From Acidimicrobiia bacterium UBA4744 (GTDB lineage: Bacteria > Actinomycetota > Acidimicrobiia > Spongiisociales > UBA4744), in assembly GCA_002403855.1 (NCBI GenBank), contig DHIO01000006.1, positions 111,356-175,355 on the forward strand: a stretch of 64,000 nucleotides of DNA, given 5' to 3'. Position 1 is the first letter of the stretch. Every line of letters starts with the position of its first letter. The notes under the pieces are model-generated. The model had not been told where the DNA came from. It was given only the letters and a program-made list of their open reading frames with translations, and made no database searches. Positions 47,951-57,256 of the stretch are shown piece by piece. The position numbers and the translations under genes were made by a program.

Positions 47951-49119
47951 CGGCGGGCGTAACGTCGATAACCCGGGCCCGTGCGGCGGCGCGGAGCAAG
48001 ACGGAGCAGCGGACCACCAATGCCCGTATCGCCACGCTGCTCCTGGTGCCCATTGCCATCCTCACGGTCATCGGATTGGGCGCCACGATGTCGGCTTCGG
48101 CGATCATCGGCAAAGAGACCTACGACGACAAGTTCTACTTCTTCACCAGTCAGCTCATCTGGGTTGGTCTCGGAATCGTCGTGCTGGTCTTGGCCACCAG
48201 AATCCCTTACCAGTGGTACCGGCGCCTGGCCTTTCCGCTCTTTCTCCTTTCACTCGTAGGCCTTGTCGCCGTCTTGCAGATCGGTGTGGTCCGGGGCGGC
48301 AGCCGCCGCTGGATTGAACTCGGATCGTTTGGCAGCCTTCAGCCATCGGAATTCGCCAAGTTCGGTGTCATCGCCTTCCTGGCAATGGTGATGGAGAAGA
48401 AGGAGAACCTGCTCACGGACTTCTGGCATTTCTTCGTTCCGGTGGCAGCCTCACTCGGCCTGGTGGGAGTCCTGATGCTGAAGCAACCCGACCTCGGAAC
48501 GACGTTGGTCATCTTCGGAGCCGCCGTCGTAGTGCTGATGGTCTCGGCCGCCCCCATTCGCCACGTGTTCGTGACCACCGTGGCAGGAATCGGGATTGGT
48601 GCTCTGATGGCAGTTGCCGAGCCGTATCGACGGGAGCGAGTGCTGTCCTTCCTCGACCCGTTCAACGACAAACTCGGAACCGGGTGGCAGGTCGTGCAGA
48701 GCCAGCTGGCGTTGGGCACCGGCGGTGTGTTCGGTGTCGGTTTGGGCGCCAGTCGCGCCCGGTGGTCGTTCCTCCCCAACGCCCACACGGACTTCATCTT
48801 CGCCATCATCGGCGAAGAGACCGGATTCGCCGGAGGCCTCATCGTGCTGGTTCTCTTTGCATGGCTGACGGTGGTCGGGGTTGCGATTTCCTACCGGGCT
48901 CCCGATCGATTTGGCCGGCTCCTTGCCGCCGGTTTGGTTGCATGGCTGTCCCTTCAGGCGCTGGTCAACATCGGTGCAGTGGTCGGGGCGGTCCCCGTTA
49001 CGGGGATGCCTCTCCCCTTCGTCTCCTACGGCGGCAGTGCCCTGTTGACGGTGATGGGTGCCGCCGGAATCCTCGTCAACGTCGCCCGTCAGGGCACCTC
49101 GCAGGCCCGCCGGCGATGA
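47947..49119 (+). CDS. ftsW: cell division protein FtsW (SEDS family)
   Basis: 390 aa with 10 predicted TM helices, at the FtsW position between murD and murG. Confidence 0.85.
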   Translation: MTAGVTSITRARAAARSKTEQRTTNARIATLLLVPIAILTVIGLGATMSASAIIGKETYDDKFYFFTSQLIWVGLGIVVLVLATRIPYQWYRRLAFPLFLLSLVGLVAVLQIGVVRGGSRRWIELGSFGSLQPSEFAKFGVIAFLAMVMEKKENLLTDFWHFFVPVAASLGLVGVLMLKQPDLGTTLVIFGAAVVVLMVSAAPIRHVFVTTVAGIGIGALMAVAEPYRRERVLSFLDPFNDKLGTGWQVVQSQLALGTGGVFGVGLGASRARWSFLPNAHTDFIFAIIGEETGFAGGLIVLVLFAWLTVVGVAISYRAPDRFGRLLAAGLVAWLSLQALVNIGAVVGAVPVTGMPLPFVSYGGSALLTVMGAAGILVNVARQGTSQARRR

Positions 49120-50192
49120 GCTATGTGATTGCCGCGGCCGGGACGGGCGGGCACATCTATCCGGGCCTGGCGGTCGCCGAGGCGCTCCTGGAGCGCGGCG
49201 TGGAGAAATCCGACATCGTCTTCATGGGTGGTGACCGGCTCGAGGCGACGGTCTACCCGGCGGAGGGTTTTCCCTTCGTTCAGCTCGAACTCCAGGGCCT
49301 GCAGAGGAGCATCACTCCGCGCAACCTCATGCTCCCCGGGGCGGTGGCACGAGCAGCCCGCCGGGCCCGACGGGAGATGACCGACCGGGAAATCAGGGCG
49401 GTACTGGGCATGGGCAGCTATGTGACGGTGCCGGTGGGCTGGGCGGCTCGGCAAGCCAAGATTCCCCTTCTTCTCCACGAGCAGAACGCCGAAGCGGGGT
49501 TGGCCAACCGCTTGATGTCGAGGGTGGCCACGAAGGCCTTTGTCTCATTCGCCGACACGCGTGGATTAGGCCGGCAAGTACTAGTCGGCAACCCGGTCCG
49601 CGCCGACCTGGTCGGTTTTGCCAGACCGGATCTGCGGCATGAGGCGATGGGTCGGTACGGATTGTCACCGGGGCCGGTGGTAGTCGGCGTCTTCGGTGGA
49701 AGCCTCGGAGCGGGTGCCATCAACGAAGCGGTCACCTCCTTGGCGCGAGAGTGGAGCGGACCGCCTATCCAGCTTCTGCATCTCGCGGGTCGAGTGCACG
49801 AAGACGACATGCGCGAGCTTTCTCGGCAGGCGGCTGTACCGTGGGTCGTTCTGGGATTCGAGGAAGAGATGCGATATTTCTACGCAGCCTGTGACATCGT
49901 GATTGCCCGGGCCGGGGGAGCCGTCGCCGAGATCGCCGTCACCGGAACCCCGGCCGTACTCGTGCCGGGCAGTTTCGGCGGCGGGCACCAGGCGGCCAAC
50001 GCAGCCCGGTTTGAGGAAGCCGGGGCGGCGGTGGTGGTGGAGGAAGACCGGCTGGGAGCGCTGGCGGACAGCCTGGAGCCACTGGTGGAGGACCCCCAGC
50101 TCCGGAGGCAAATGGCCGGGGGTCTCAGGGAGCTTTCGCACCCGCACGCGGCAACCGACCTGGCAATCGAGCTCGAACAAGCTCATGGTTGA
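49116..50192 (+). CDS. murG: UDP-GlcNAc:undecaprenyl-PP-MurNAc-pentapeptide GlcNAc transferase
   Basis: Start MSYVIAAAGTGGHIYPGLAVAEAL, overlapping the ftsW stop (ATGA). Confidence 0.9.
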   Translation: MSYVIAAAGTGGHIYPGLAVAEALLERGVEKSDIVFMGGDRLEATVYPAEGFPFVQLELQGLQRSITPRNLMLPGAVARAARRARREMTDREIRAVLGMGSYVTVPVGWAARQAKIPLLLHEQNAEAGLANRLMSRVATKAFVSFADTRGLGRQVLVGNPVRADLVGFARPDLRHEAMGRYGLSPGPVVVGVFGGSLGAGAINEAVTSLAREWSGPPIQLLHLAGRVHEDDMRELSRQAAVPWVVLGFEEEMRYFYAACDIVIARAGGAVAEIAVTGTPAVLVPGSFGGGHQAANAARFEEAGAAVVVEEDRLGALADSLEPLVEDPQLRRQMAGGLRELSHPHAATDLAIELEQAHG

Positions 50193-51555
50193 TCTCGGCT
50201 CGTTTCGCAGGGTTCATGTGGTCGGTGCCGGCGGTTCGGGGATGAGTGGACTTGCCAAGCTGCTCTCCCAGATGGGACACGCTGTGACCGGGTCGGATCT
50301 GAAGATGAGTACGACCCTGGCCTACCTGGCCGACCTGGGGATCGAAGTCTGGGAGGGGAGCCGTCCCCAGGCGATGGCGGGAGTGGATCTGCTGGTCGCT
50401 TCGTCGGCGATTCCGGATTCCGACCCGGAAGTGGCTGCCGCCCGGGAGATGGGAACCGAAGTATGGGAGCGTCCCCGCCTGCTGGCAGAGCTGACGGCTC
50501 GGATGTCGACGATAGGGGCTACCGGAACCCACGGGAAGACGACCAGTACCGCCATGCTCATCGCGGCGCTGCGCGCCGCCGGGTTGGATCCCTCTTTCGT
50601 AGTGGGAGGCGAACTGACCGATCTGAGAACAAATGCCTCGCTCGGCGGGGACGACTTCCTGGTGCTGGAGGTCGACGAGGCGTTCGGTACCTTCCTCGAC
50701 TTGCACATCAAGGGTCTGATGGTCACGAATGTCGAACCCGACCATCTCGACTACTACCACAGTCTTGACCGGCTCGAAGATGCCTTCGTCGACGTCGTAC
50801 GTTCGGTAGACGGGCCGGTAGTCGTCGGAATCGATGACCCGGGCGGGCGGCGTCTGGCCGAAAGGACCAGGGTATCGACGTACGGAACCGCCGAGGAAGC
50901 GGATTGGCGCATCGTCGACGTTGCCCACGGCGCGGCCGCGACGGAGTTCTGTCTGGTCGGCTCCGCACGCGCTCTTCCGGTTGTGGTCGGACGACCCGGA
51001 CTGCACATCGCCAGGGACGCGGGAGGGGTCCTCGCCCTGCTCGGCGAGCTCGGACATGACCTGGAGGCCGCCGCCGAGGGATTGAGTTCCTTTGCCGGGG
51101 TCAGGCGCCGGTTCGAGATTCGGGGCCGCGTCTCCGGAATCACGATGATCGACGACTACGCTCATCACCCCACGGAGATCGCTGCCACGCTTCAGGCGGT
51201 GCAGCAGGGTTCGTGGAACCGGGTCTGGGCCGTATTCCAGCCGCATCGGTACTCCCGGACGCTGGAGCTCCACCGGGAGTTCGGCGGTGCGTTCAACGGA
51301 GCGGATCAGGTAGTGGTCACCGATGTGTACGCAGCCGGTGAACAACCCGAACCGGGAGTAACCGGCGCCTTGGTGGCCGATGCGGTGGCGGCCCGCACGG
51401 AGGCCAGCGTGCATTACGTGCACCACCGCGCCGACCTGGCGAACTATCTGGCGGAGCGAGTAGAAGCGGGGGACCTGGTCCTGAGCCTCGGTGCGGGAGA
51501 CATCACGAGCCTGGCCGGTGAATTGGCCGCCCTGCTGGAGGGATCCGGCCCGTGA
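50185..51555 (+). CDS. murC: UDP-N-acetylmuramate--L-alanine ligase
   Basis: The internal start MVDLGSFRRVHVVGAGGSGMSGLA is followed by GATGTHGKTTST. The upstream part of the ORF overlaps murG. Confidence 0.85.
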   Translation: MVDLGSFRRVHVVGAGGSGMSGLAKLLSQMGHAVTGSDLKMSTTLAYLADLGIEVWEGSRPQAMAGVDLLVASSAIPDSDPEVAAAREMGTEVWERPRLLAELTARMSTIGATGTHGKTTSTAMLIAALRAAGLDPSFVVGGELTDLRTNASLGGDDFLVLEVDEAFGTFLDLHIKGLMVTNVEPDHLDYYHSLDRLEDAFVDVVRSVDGPVVVGIDDPGGRRLAERTRVSTYGTAEEADWRIVDVAHGAAATEFCLVGSARALPVVVGRPGLHIARDAGGVLALLGELGHDLEAAAEGLSSFAGVRRRFEIRGRVSGITMIDDYAHHPTEIAATLQAVQQGSWNRVWAVFQPHRYSRTLELHREFGGAFNGADQVVVTDVYAAGEQPEPGVTGALVADAVAARTEASVHYVHHRADLANYLAERVEAGDLVLSLGAGDITSLAGELAALLEGSGP

Positions 51556-52472
51556 CCACTCTCGACGACCTCGTGGCATCCGGCACACTGGGATCGATGG
51601 TCCCCATTGCCGGATTGACCACGTACAAGCTCGGTGGTCCGGCGCGCTATTACCTCGAGGCCGAAAACGAAGGACAGCTGGTATCGATCGGGGAGGCGCT
51701 TCGAGACGAACCGGTGCTGGTTCTGGGTCGAGGGAGCAACCTGATCATCAGCGATGCCGGATTTCCGGGCCTGGTGATTCATCTGGGCGCCGGTTTCGCC
51801 CAAATCGAGTTCGGGGAAGGCGGGACGGTCACAGCCGGGGCGGCGACCCCGATGCCGACGCTGGCTCGGGCCTGCGCCGGCGCAGTTCGAAGCGGCCTCG
51901 AGTTCTGCGTGGGAATACCGGGGTCGGTTGGTGGAGGTGTGCGGATGAACGCCGGATGCCACGGCTCCGAAATCAAGGACCGGCTCGGGTCGGTCCGGGT
52001 CGTGAACCTCCGCCTCGGTCGGTTGGACGAGCGCAAACCCGACGAGCTGGATCTGGAGTACCGTCACTCCAATTTGCAGCCGGACGAGATTGTCACCTTC
52101 GCCACCTTCGCCACCGAACCCGGGGATGAGGAAGCGATCGCAGCGACGATGCGTGACATCATCCGCTGGCGGCGTGATCATCAGCCGGGAGGGACCCTCA
52201 ACGCAGGGAGCGTGTTCAAGAACCCGCCGGGCGACTCGGCGGGACGAATCATCGACAGCTTGGATCTGAAAGGCACCCGTATCGGCGGGGCGCACGTTTC
52301 TACCAAACACGCCAACTTCTTCGTTGCCGACGAAGGCGTCAAGGCGCAAGAAGTGTACGACCTGGTGTGGGAGATCCGTCGCCGGGTCGGTGCCGAACTC
52401 GGAGTCTGGCTGCAGCCCGAGGTCGAGTTTGCCGGTCCTTTCCGCGCTTCCCCCCACAAGGAGGATCGATGA
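51552..52472 (+). CDS. murB: UDP-N-acetylenolpyruvoylglucosamine reductase
   Basis: 306 aa, FAD-binding, with LGRGSNLII. Confidence 0.85.
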   Translation: MTTLDDLVASGTLGSMVPIAGLTTYKLGGPARYYLEAENEGQLVSIGEALRDEPVLVLGRGSNLIISDAGFPGLVIHLGAGFAQIEFGEGGTVTAGAATPMPTLARACAGAVRSGLEFCVGIPGSVGGGVRMNAGCHGSEIKDRLGSVRVVNLRLGRLDERKPDELDLEYRHSNLQPDEIVTFATFATEPGDEEAIAATMRDIIRWRRDHQPGGTLNAGSVFKNPPGDSAGRIIDSLDLKGTRIGGAHVSTKHANFFVADEGVKAQEVYDLVWEIRRRVGAELGVWLQPEVEFAGPFRASPHKEDR

Positions 52473-53218
52473 CGACACGAGTTGACCCTCGCCTGGCGGA
52501 GCGGCGGCGCGCCGTGGCCGAGGGCAACGCTCGCAAGAGGTTGCGCAGGATCTTCTGGGTTCTGGTGGTCGTCACCTTCGCCGGCGCCACGGCGTGGGTC
52601 GCTCAATCGCCGTGGTTTTCGATTGCCCATGTCGCAGTGTCGGGCGTCGGTGGCAGCGATACGTATCGGATCCTCGAAGCCTCGGATGTCGTGGACGGAA
52701 CTCCGCTCATCACCGTTTCGCCTCGGCGGGTAGAGGAATCGCTGGAGGCTGATCCTTGGGTGATCGAGGCGACCGTGCGCCGGGTCATCCCCGATTCCGT
52801 CGAAGTGGTGGTCGACGAGCGAACGCCGTTTGCCTGGGTGCGCACCGGAACCCGTTGGGCGGTCATCGCCGAGGACTCCACCGTGCTTCGCTATGACCCG
52901 CAGCCGGACGGGCCGCCCATGGTGTTCGACGGTGTTACACCCGGCCGGGGCGAAGGAGTCGTTGACCCCCGGGTGGCCGGGGGAGTGGCGTTTCTTGCCC
53001 GACTGCCGGTCGCACTACGGGACCAGATTTCCCTGATTGAGCAAGACGGAGAGTTGCGGGCGATCATCGAGGGCACGGTGGTGCGTCTCGGGCTTCCCAC
53101 CGAAATGACGGAGAAGGCGGCAGCACTGCAGGCCATCCTCGAGGAAGGGCTACCGCCGGGATCGATGGTCAATCTCGTGGCACCGGCCCGCCCGGCGGTG
53201 GTCGAAGCCGGGGCATGA
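52469..53218 (+). CDS. ftsQ: cell division protein FtsQ
   Basis: Start MTTRVDPRLAERRR, with a single TM helix and a POTRA-like region. Lies immediately upstream of ftsZ. Confidence 0.75.
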   Translation: MTTRVDPRLAERRRAVAEGNARKRLRRIFWVLVVVTFAGATAWVAQSPWFSIAHVAVSGVGGSDTYRILEASDVVDGTPLITVSPRRVEESLEADPWVIEATVRRVIPDSVEVVVDERTPFAWVRTGTRWAVIAEDSTVLRYDPQPDGPPMVFDGVTPGRGEGVVDPRVAGGVAFLARLPVALRDQISLIEQDGELRAIIEGTVVRLGLPTEMTEKAAALQAILEEGLPPGSMVNLVAPARPAVVEAGA

Positions 53219-53334
53219 GGCGGCGGTAGCTCATTAACCATTCACTTGAACCTTAGACTTTTGCCCTTTCCTTGGCCGGTCATCAAGCGTAAAGTTCAAG
53301 TCAAACCTCAGTTTGTTTTGGAAAGGGCTGCACT

Positions 53335-54393
53335 ATGGCGACATCTCGAGGAGGCTCAACGACGCAGAGCTACTTGGCCGTGATCAAGGTGGTCGGTGTC
53401 GGGGGAGGAGGCGTCAACGCCATCAACCGGATGATCGACGCGGGTGTGCGCGGCGTCGAGTTCGTCGCCATCAACACGGATGCGCAGGCACTGCTGATGT
53501 CGGACGCCGACATCAAACTCGACCTGGGCCGAGACATAACCCGAGGCTTGGGGGCCGGAGCCGATCCCGAAGTGGGAAGGGCCGCCGCCGAAGGCCACAA
53601 GGAAGAGCTCGAAGAGGTCCTCAAAGGGGCCGACATGGTGTTCGTGACCGCCGGCGAAGGGGGCGGTACCGGCACCGGCGGAGCACCGATTGTCGCCGAT
53701 GTCGCCCGGGGCCTGGGAGCGTTGACTGTGGGAGTGGTGACACGACCTTTCGGCTTCGAGGGCCGGCGCCGCTCGGTCCAAGCCGAGCAAGGTATTCAGG
53801 ATTTGCGAGACTCCGTCGATACGCTCATCGTCATCCCCAACGATCGGTTGCTGGAACTCGCCGATGATCGCACCCCGATCATCGAGGCCTTCCAAATGGC
53901 GGACGAGGTCCTGATGGGCGGGGTGGCCGGCATCACGGATCTCATCACGACCCCGGGGTTGATCAACGTCGACTTCGCGGACGTGCGGACGATCCTCTCC
54001 GGCGCCGGCACGGCGGTGATGGGCATTGGTCGAGCGTCCGGAGAAGACCGGGCCGAGCAAGCCGCCCAGCGGGCGATTTCGAGTGCCTTGCTGGAGACCT
54101 CGATGGAGGGTGCCCGCGGGGTGCTGTTGACGATTGCCGGGCCCTCGGCCATGACCCTGCATGAGGTCAACGAGGCCGCCACGGTGGTCGCCGAACACTG
54201 CGACGCGGAAGCCGACATCATCTTCGGCGCAGTCGTCGACGACGATCTGGCCGAAGAGCTCATGGTGACGGTCATAGCCGCCGGATTCGACCGGGGCCGT
54301 CGGAGTGGCACTCGGGGGATTGCCTCGGGTACGGTCGGCCGGCCTTCCGGCGACGGCGACGACCTCGAGATCCCGAGCTTCGTACAGGGATGA
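53335..54393 (+). CDS. ftsZ: cell division GTPase FtsZ
   Basis: Tubulin signature GGGTGTG in ...[18 protein letters not shown]. 352 aa. Confidence 0.95.
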   Translation: MATSRGGSTTQSYLAVIKVVGVGGGGVNAINRMIDAGVRGVEFVAINTDAQALLMSDADIKLDLGRDITRGLGAGADPEVGRAAAEGHKEELEEVLKGADMVFVTAGEGGGTGTGGAPIVADVARGLGALTVGVVTRPFGFEGRRRSVQAEQGIQDLRDSVDTLIVIPNDRLLELADDRTPIIEAFQMADEVLMGGVAGITDLITTPGLINVDFADVRTILSGAGTAVMGIGRASGEDRAEQAAQRAISSALLETSMEGARGVLLTIAGPSAMTLHEVNEAATVVAEHCDAEADIIFGAVVDDDLAEELMVTVIAAGFDRGRRSGTRGIASGTVGRPSGDGDDLEIPSFVQG

Positions 54394-55013
54394 TCAAACC
54401 ACCCGGTTTTCGGGGGGTGGCGTTCACAACTGCCCGGGAGGGTGATCTGCGCCACGAATCCGCCGGCCGCCGCTTGGTGGCCTCCCGACTCGGCATCTCC
54501 GATGCCTGGGCGACGGTCGACCAGCAGCACGGTGGAGTCGTGGCGGAAGCCCGGGGGGCCGGATCGCTGGGCGCAGCCGACGGCATCTACACCGATCGGC
54601 TCGGGCTGCCCGTTGCCGTCTTCACGGCCGACTGCCTCGCGGTGGCGGTCGAGGCCGACCGTGGGGTCGGAATCGTTCACGCCGGCTGGCGCGGGGTAGC
54701 AGCCGGAGTCGTAGAGAACCTGCTCACCGGTATGGAAGGAATGGGGTGGAAACTGCAGCAGGCTGCCATTGGACCCGGCATCGGGCCTTGTTGCTTTGAA
54801 GTGGGGCCGGAGGTAGCCGCTCATTTCGCAGCCAATGCGTCGACGACGAGCTGGGGGACGGCGAGCGTTGATCTGCCTGCTGCAGCCGCCGCCCGGTTGA
54901 GCGGTCTGGACGTCTGGCAATCGGGAAGCTGCACCCGTTGCAGCGACGAGTTCCTCTCCTATCGGCGCAATGGGACGACCGACCGGATGGCCGGAATCGC
55001 GTGGATGCCGTGA
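54390..55013 (+). CDS. pgeF: YfiH/PgeF (DUF152) family purine-nucleoside phosphorylase/laccase-like protein
   Basis: [12 protein letters not shown] and HAGWRG motifs, in the conserved post-ftsZ position. Confidence 0.75.
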   Translation: MIKPPGFRGVAFTTAREGDLRHESAGRRLVASRLGISDAWATVDQQHGGVVAEARGAGSLGAADGIYTDRLGLPVAVFTADCLAVAVEADRGVGIVHAGWRGVAAGVVENLLTGMEGMGWKLQQAAIGPGIGPCCFEVGPEVAAHFAANASTTSWGTASVDLPAAAAARLSGLDVWQSGSCTRCSDEFLSYRRNGTTDRMAGIAWMP

Positions 55014-55669
55014 GCCTCGAGTCTGTGTTCGAGCGGATGGCCGCAGCGGCCGGCCGCAGCGGCCGCAGCGTAGACCAGATCACTCTCATAGCGGTGGGCA
55101 AGACCCAGCCCATTGAAGTGCTGATGGAGGCCTACGAAGCCGGCCATCGTGACTTCGGCGAGAACCGGGCCGCGGAGCTGGCGACGAAAGCGGCCGCCAT
55201 GCCCGCGGATGTTCGCTGGCACTTCGTCGGTCCTCTCCAGAGCAACAAGGTGAGGCTCGTGCGACCGGTGGTGAGTCTGCTTCATTCGATGGACCGGTTG
55301 AAACTGGGAGCCGCCTGGCTCAAAGGACCCGGAGCCGCGCCGCCGGCGCTGCTGGAAGTGAACCTCGGCGACGAGCCCCAGAAGGCGGGGGTCACCGTCG
55401 ACGAGGCACCCATGATGACGCAGCAACTCCTCGATTTGGGTGTTGACCTGCGCGGGGTCATGGCCATACCGCCGCAGGTCGCCGATCCCGAGGAGTCCCG
55501 CTCCGATTTCCGGCGGCTCGCTCAGCTGCGGGACGAATTGGGTTCGTCGTTTTCGCCCATGCGGGAACTGTCGATGGGCATGACCGATGACTTCGAGGTG
55601 GCCGTCGAAGAAGGAGCCACGATGATTCGCGTAGGACGGGCTATCTTTGGACCGAGAATCGAGCAATAA
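55010..55669 (+). CDS. yggS: YggS-family PLP homeostasis protein
   Basis: The GTG start overlaps the pgeF stop (GTGA). Contains AVGKTQP (Lys-PLP), and GENR and HFVG motifs. Confidence 0.8.
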   Translation: MSLESVFERMAAAAGRSGRSVDQITLIAVGKTQPIEVLMEAYEAGHRDFGENRAAELATKAAAMPADVRWHFVGPLQSNKVRLVRPVVSLLHSMDRLKLGAAWLKGPGAAPPALLEVNLGDEPQKAGVTVDEAPMMTQQLLDLGVDLRGVMAIPPQVADPEESRSDFRRLAQLRDELGSSFSPMRELSMGMTDDFEVAVEEGATMIRVGRAIFGPRIEQ

Positions 55670-55681
55670 CCAAGGGATCAC

Positions 55682-56224
55682 ATGAGTACGTTGTGGCATA
55701 AGGCGCTTCTCTATCTGGGGCTCGTCGACGAGGAAGCCATCGAGGAAGAGTCGGCCGTCCCGGTCGAGACGGCTCAGGTTCAGTCTCAGGTCCGCACCGT
55801 TGCCGATTCGTCGGAGGGAGTGGTCGGACGTCGGGTGGAACCGCCTTCCGGTCGGGCCCCGGCGGTGGGCACCGACCGGACCATCGTGTCGACGGGAGCG
55901 GCGACGGGCGGCGTGCGACAGATCAAGTCGGCAGATGCACACTGCGAAGTCGTGGAGGCTGCGGGTTTCTCCGATGCCAAGTTGCTGGCCGACCGCATCG
56001 GCGAGCGAGTGCCGGTAGTGCTGAACCTGCGGGCCACAGACCCGGACATGGTGCGCCGCCTGGTCGACTTCGCCAGTGGTTTGACCTACGCGCTCGACGG
56101 CACGATGCGCAAGATATCCGAAGGCGTTATCTTGGTCCTGCCTCCCCGCGTTTCACTGGGGCGCGAGGAGAAACAGCGACTGGCCGACCTGGGGTTGTAC
56201 TCAACGGCCGAAGACGGCGAATAG
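55682..56224 (+). CDS. sepF: cell division protein SepF
   Basis: 180 aa with MSTLWHKALLYLGLVDEE at the N-terminus and a DUF552 core. Confidence 0.8.
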   Translation: MSTLWHKALLYLGLVDEEAIEEESAVPVETAQVQSQVRTVADSSEGVVGRRVEPPSGRAPAVGTDRTIVSTGAATGGVRQIKSADAHCEVVEAAGFSDAKLLADRIGERVPVVLNLRATDPDMVRRLVDFASGLTYALDGTMRKISEGVILVLPPRVSLGREEKQRLADLGLYSTAEDGE

Positions 56225-56231
56225 GTCTTTC

Positions 56232-56483
56232 GTGAGGATCATCTGCACCCTGATCCAGCTATACATCCTCGTGGTGTTTGCCCGGATTCTGCTCGAGTGG
56301 ATCCGCGTCCCCGGCGACCATCCGGTCGGAAGAATCCGGTCGGCACTGGCGGTTATCGTCGACCCGGTCCTCAGTCCCCTGCGCCGGATCATCCCACCGG
56401 TCCGCTTGAGTGGGGCGGCCCTCGATCTCTCGCCTCTGGTGCTCCTCATCGGATTGTCTATCCTGCAGAGGGCAATCTGCTAG
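56232..56483 (+). CDS. yggT: YggT-family membrane protein
   Basis: 83 aa with two TM helices and the LLEWIRVPGDHP motif. Confidence 0.75.
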   Translation: MRIICTLIQLYILVVFARILLEWIRVPGDHPVGRIRSALAVIVDPVLSPLRRIIPPVRLSGAALDLSPLVLLIGLSILQRAIC

Positions 56484-56584
56484 CGGACCGGCGGCAGATC
56501 GAGTCGATTCATCTCCGAGAAACCTTCCACCGGCCGGTCGGGGAGAGCTATGCTCCGCACAAGCACTCTCGAGGTGGTTGAAGC

Positions 56585-57256
56585 ATGACGATGAGTCCAA
56601 TTGATATCGAGCAGAAGACTTTCCGCGTAGCGTTGCGCGGATACGCAGAGGAAGAGGTCGACCAGTTCCTCGATGAGATCGTTGTCGCGATTCGGGAATA
56701 CGAGCGGCAGCTTCGAGATGCCAACGAGCGAGTGGCCGTACTGGAAGAACAGCTCGAAGCGAATCGTGAGACCGAGGAGCGGATCAAGAAGACTCTCCTG
56801 ATCGCCCAGCGCACCGCCGACCAGGTCGTGCAGGAGGCCCGCGGGGAAGCCCAGCAGGTGTTGGCCGAGGCGCGCTCCAAGGCTTCCGAAGTAGAAGTCG
56901 AGCAGATCCAGGAACGCGAGAACCTCGTCGCCGACCTGGACCGGATGCGCGGGTCGGTGGCGAGCCTCAAAGATCGCATTATGGGGTTGGCCGACGAGAC
57001 CATGGGGAAGCTCGAGGCGATCGAAGGGGACATCGTCACCGCCCGGCCCGAACCCAAAGAGCATGGGGCGTCGACCCGTGACCTCGGCGAAACCGACGAC
57101 CGTGCCGACTTTGGTGCGCACGAAGAGGTGTGGCGCGAGGATGTCGATCTGAGCGCGGAAACGGGAGAGGAACACGACCAGCCGGAGGAGAGCGCCGGCC
57201 AGGTCGTTCTCGGTTCGGGTCTTCGCCCCTGGGACAGGGACGACTCCGACGCTTAG
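56585..57256 (+). CDS. divIVA: DivIVA-domain protein (Wag31-like)
   Basis: MTMSPIDIEQKTFRVALRGYAEEEVDQFLDEIV is the canonical DivIVA N-domain, followed by coiled coils. Confidence 0.85.
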   Translation: MTMSPIDIEQKTFRVALRGYAEEEVDQFLDEIVVAIREYERQLRDANERVAVLEEQLEANRETEERIKKTLLIAQRTADQVVQEARGEAQQVLAEARSKASEVEVEQIQERENLVADLDRMRGSVASLKDRIMGLADETMGKLEAIEGDIVTARPEPKEHGASTRDLGETDDRADFGAHEEVWREDVDLSAETGEEHDQPEESAGQVVLGSGLRPWDRDDSDA

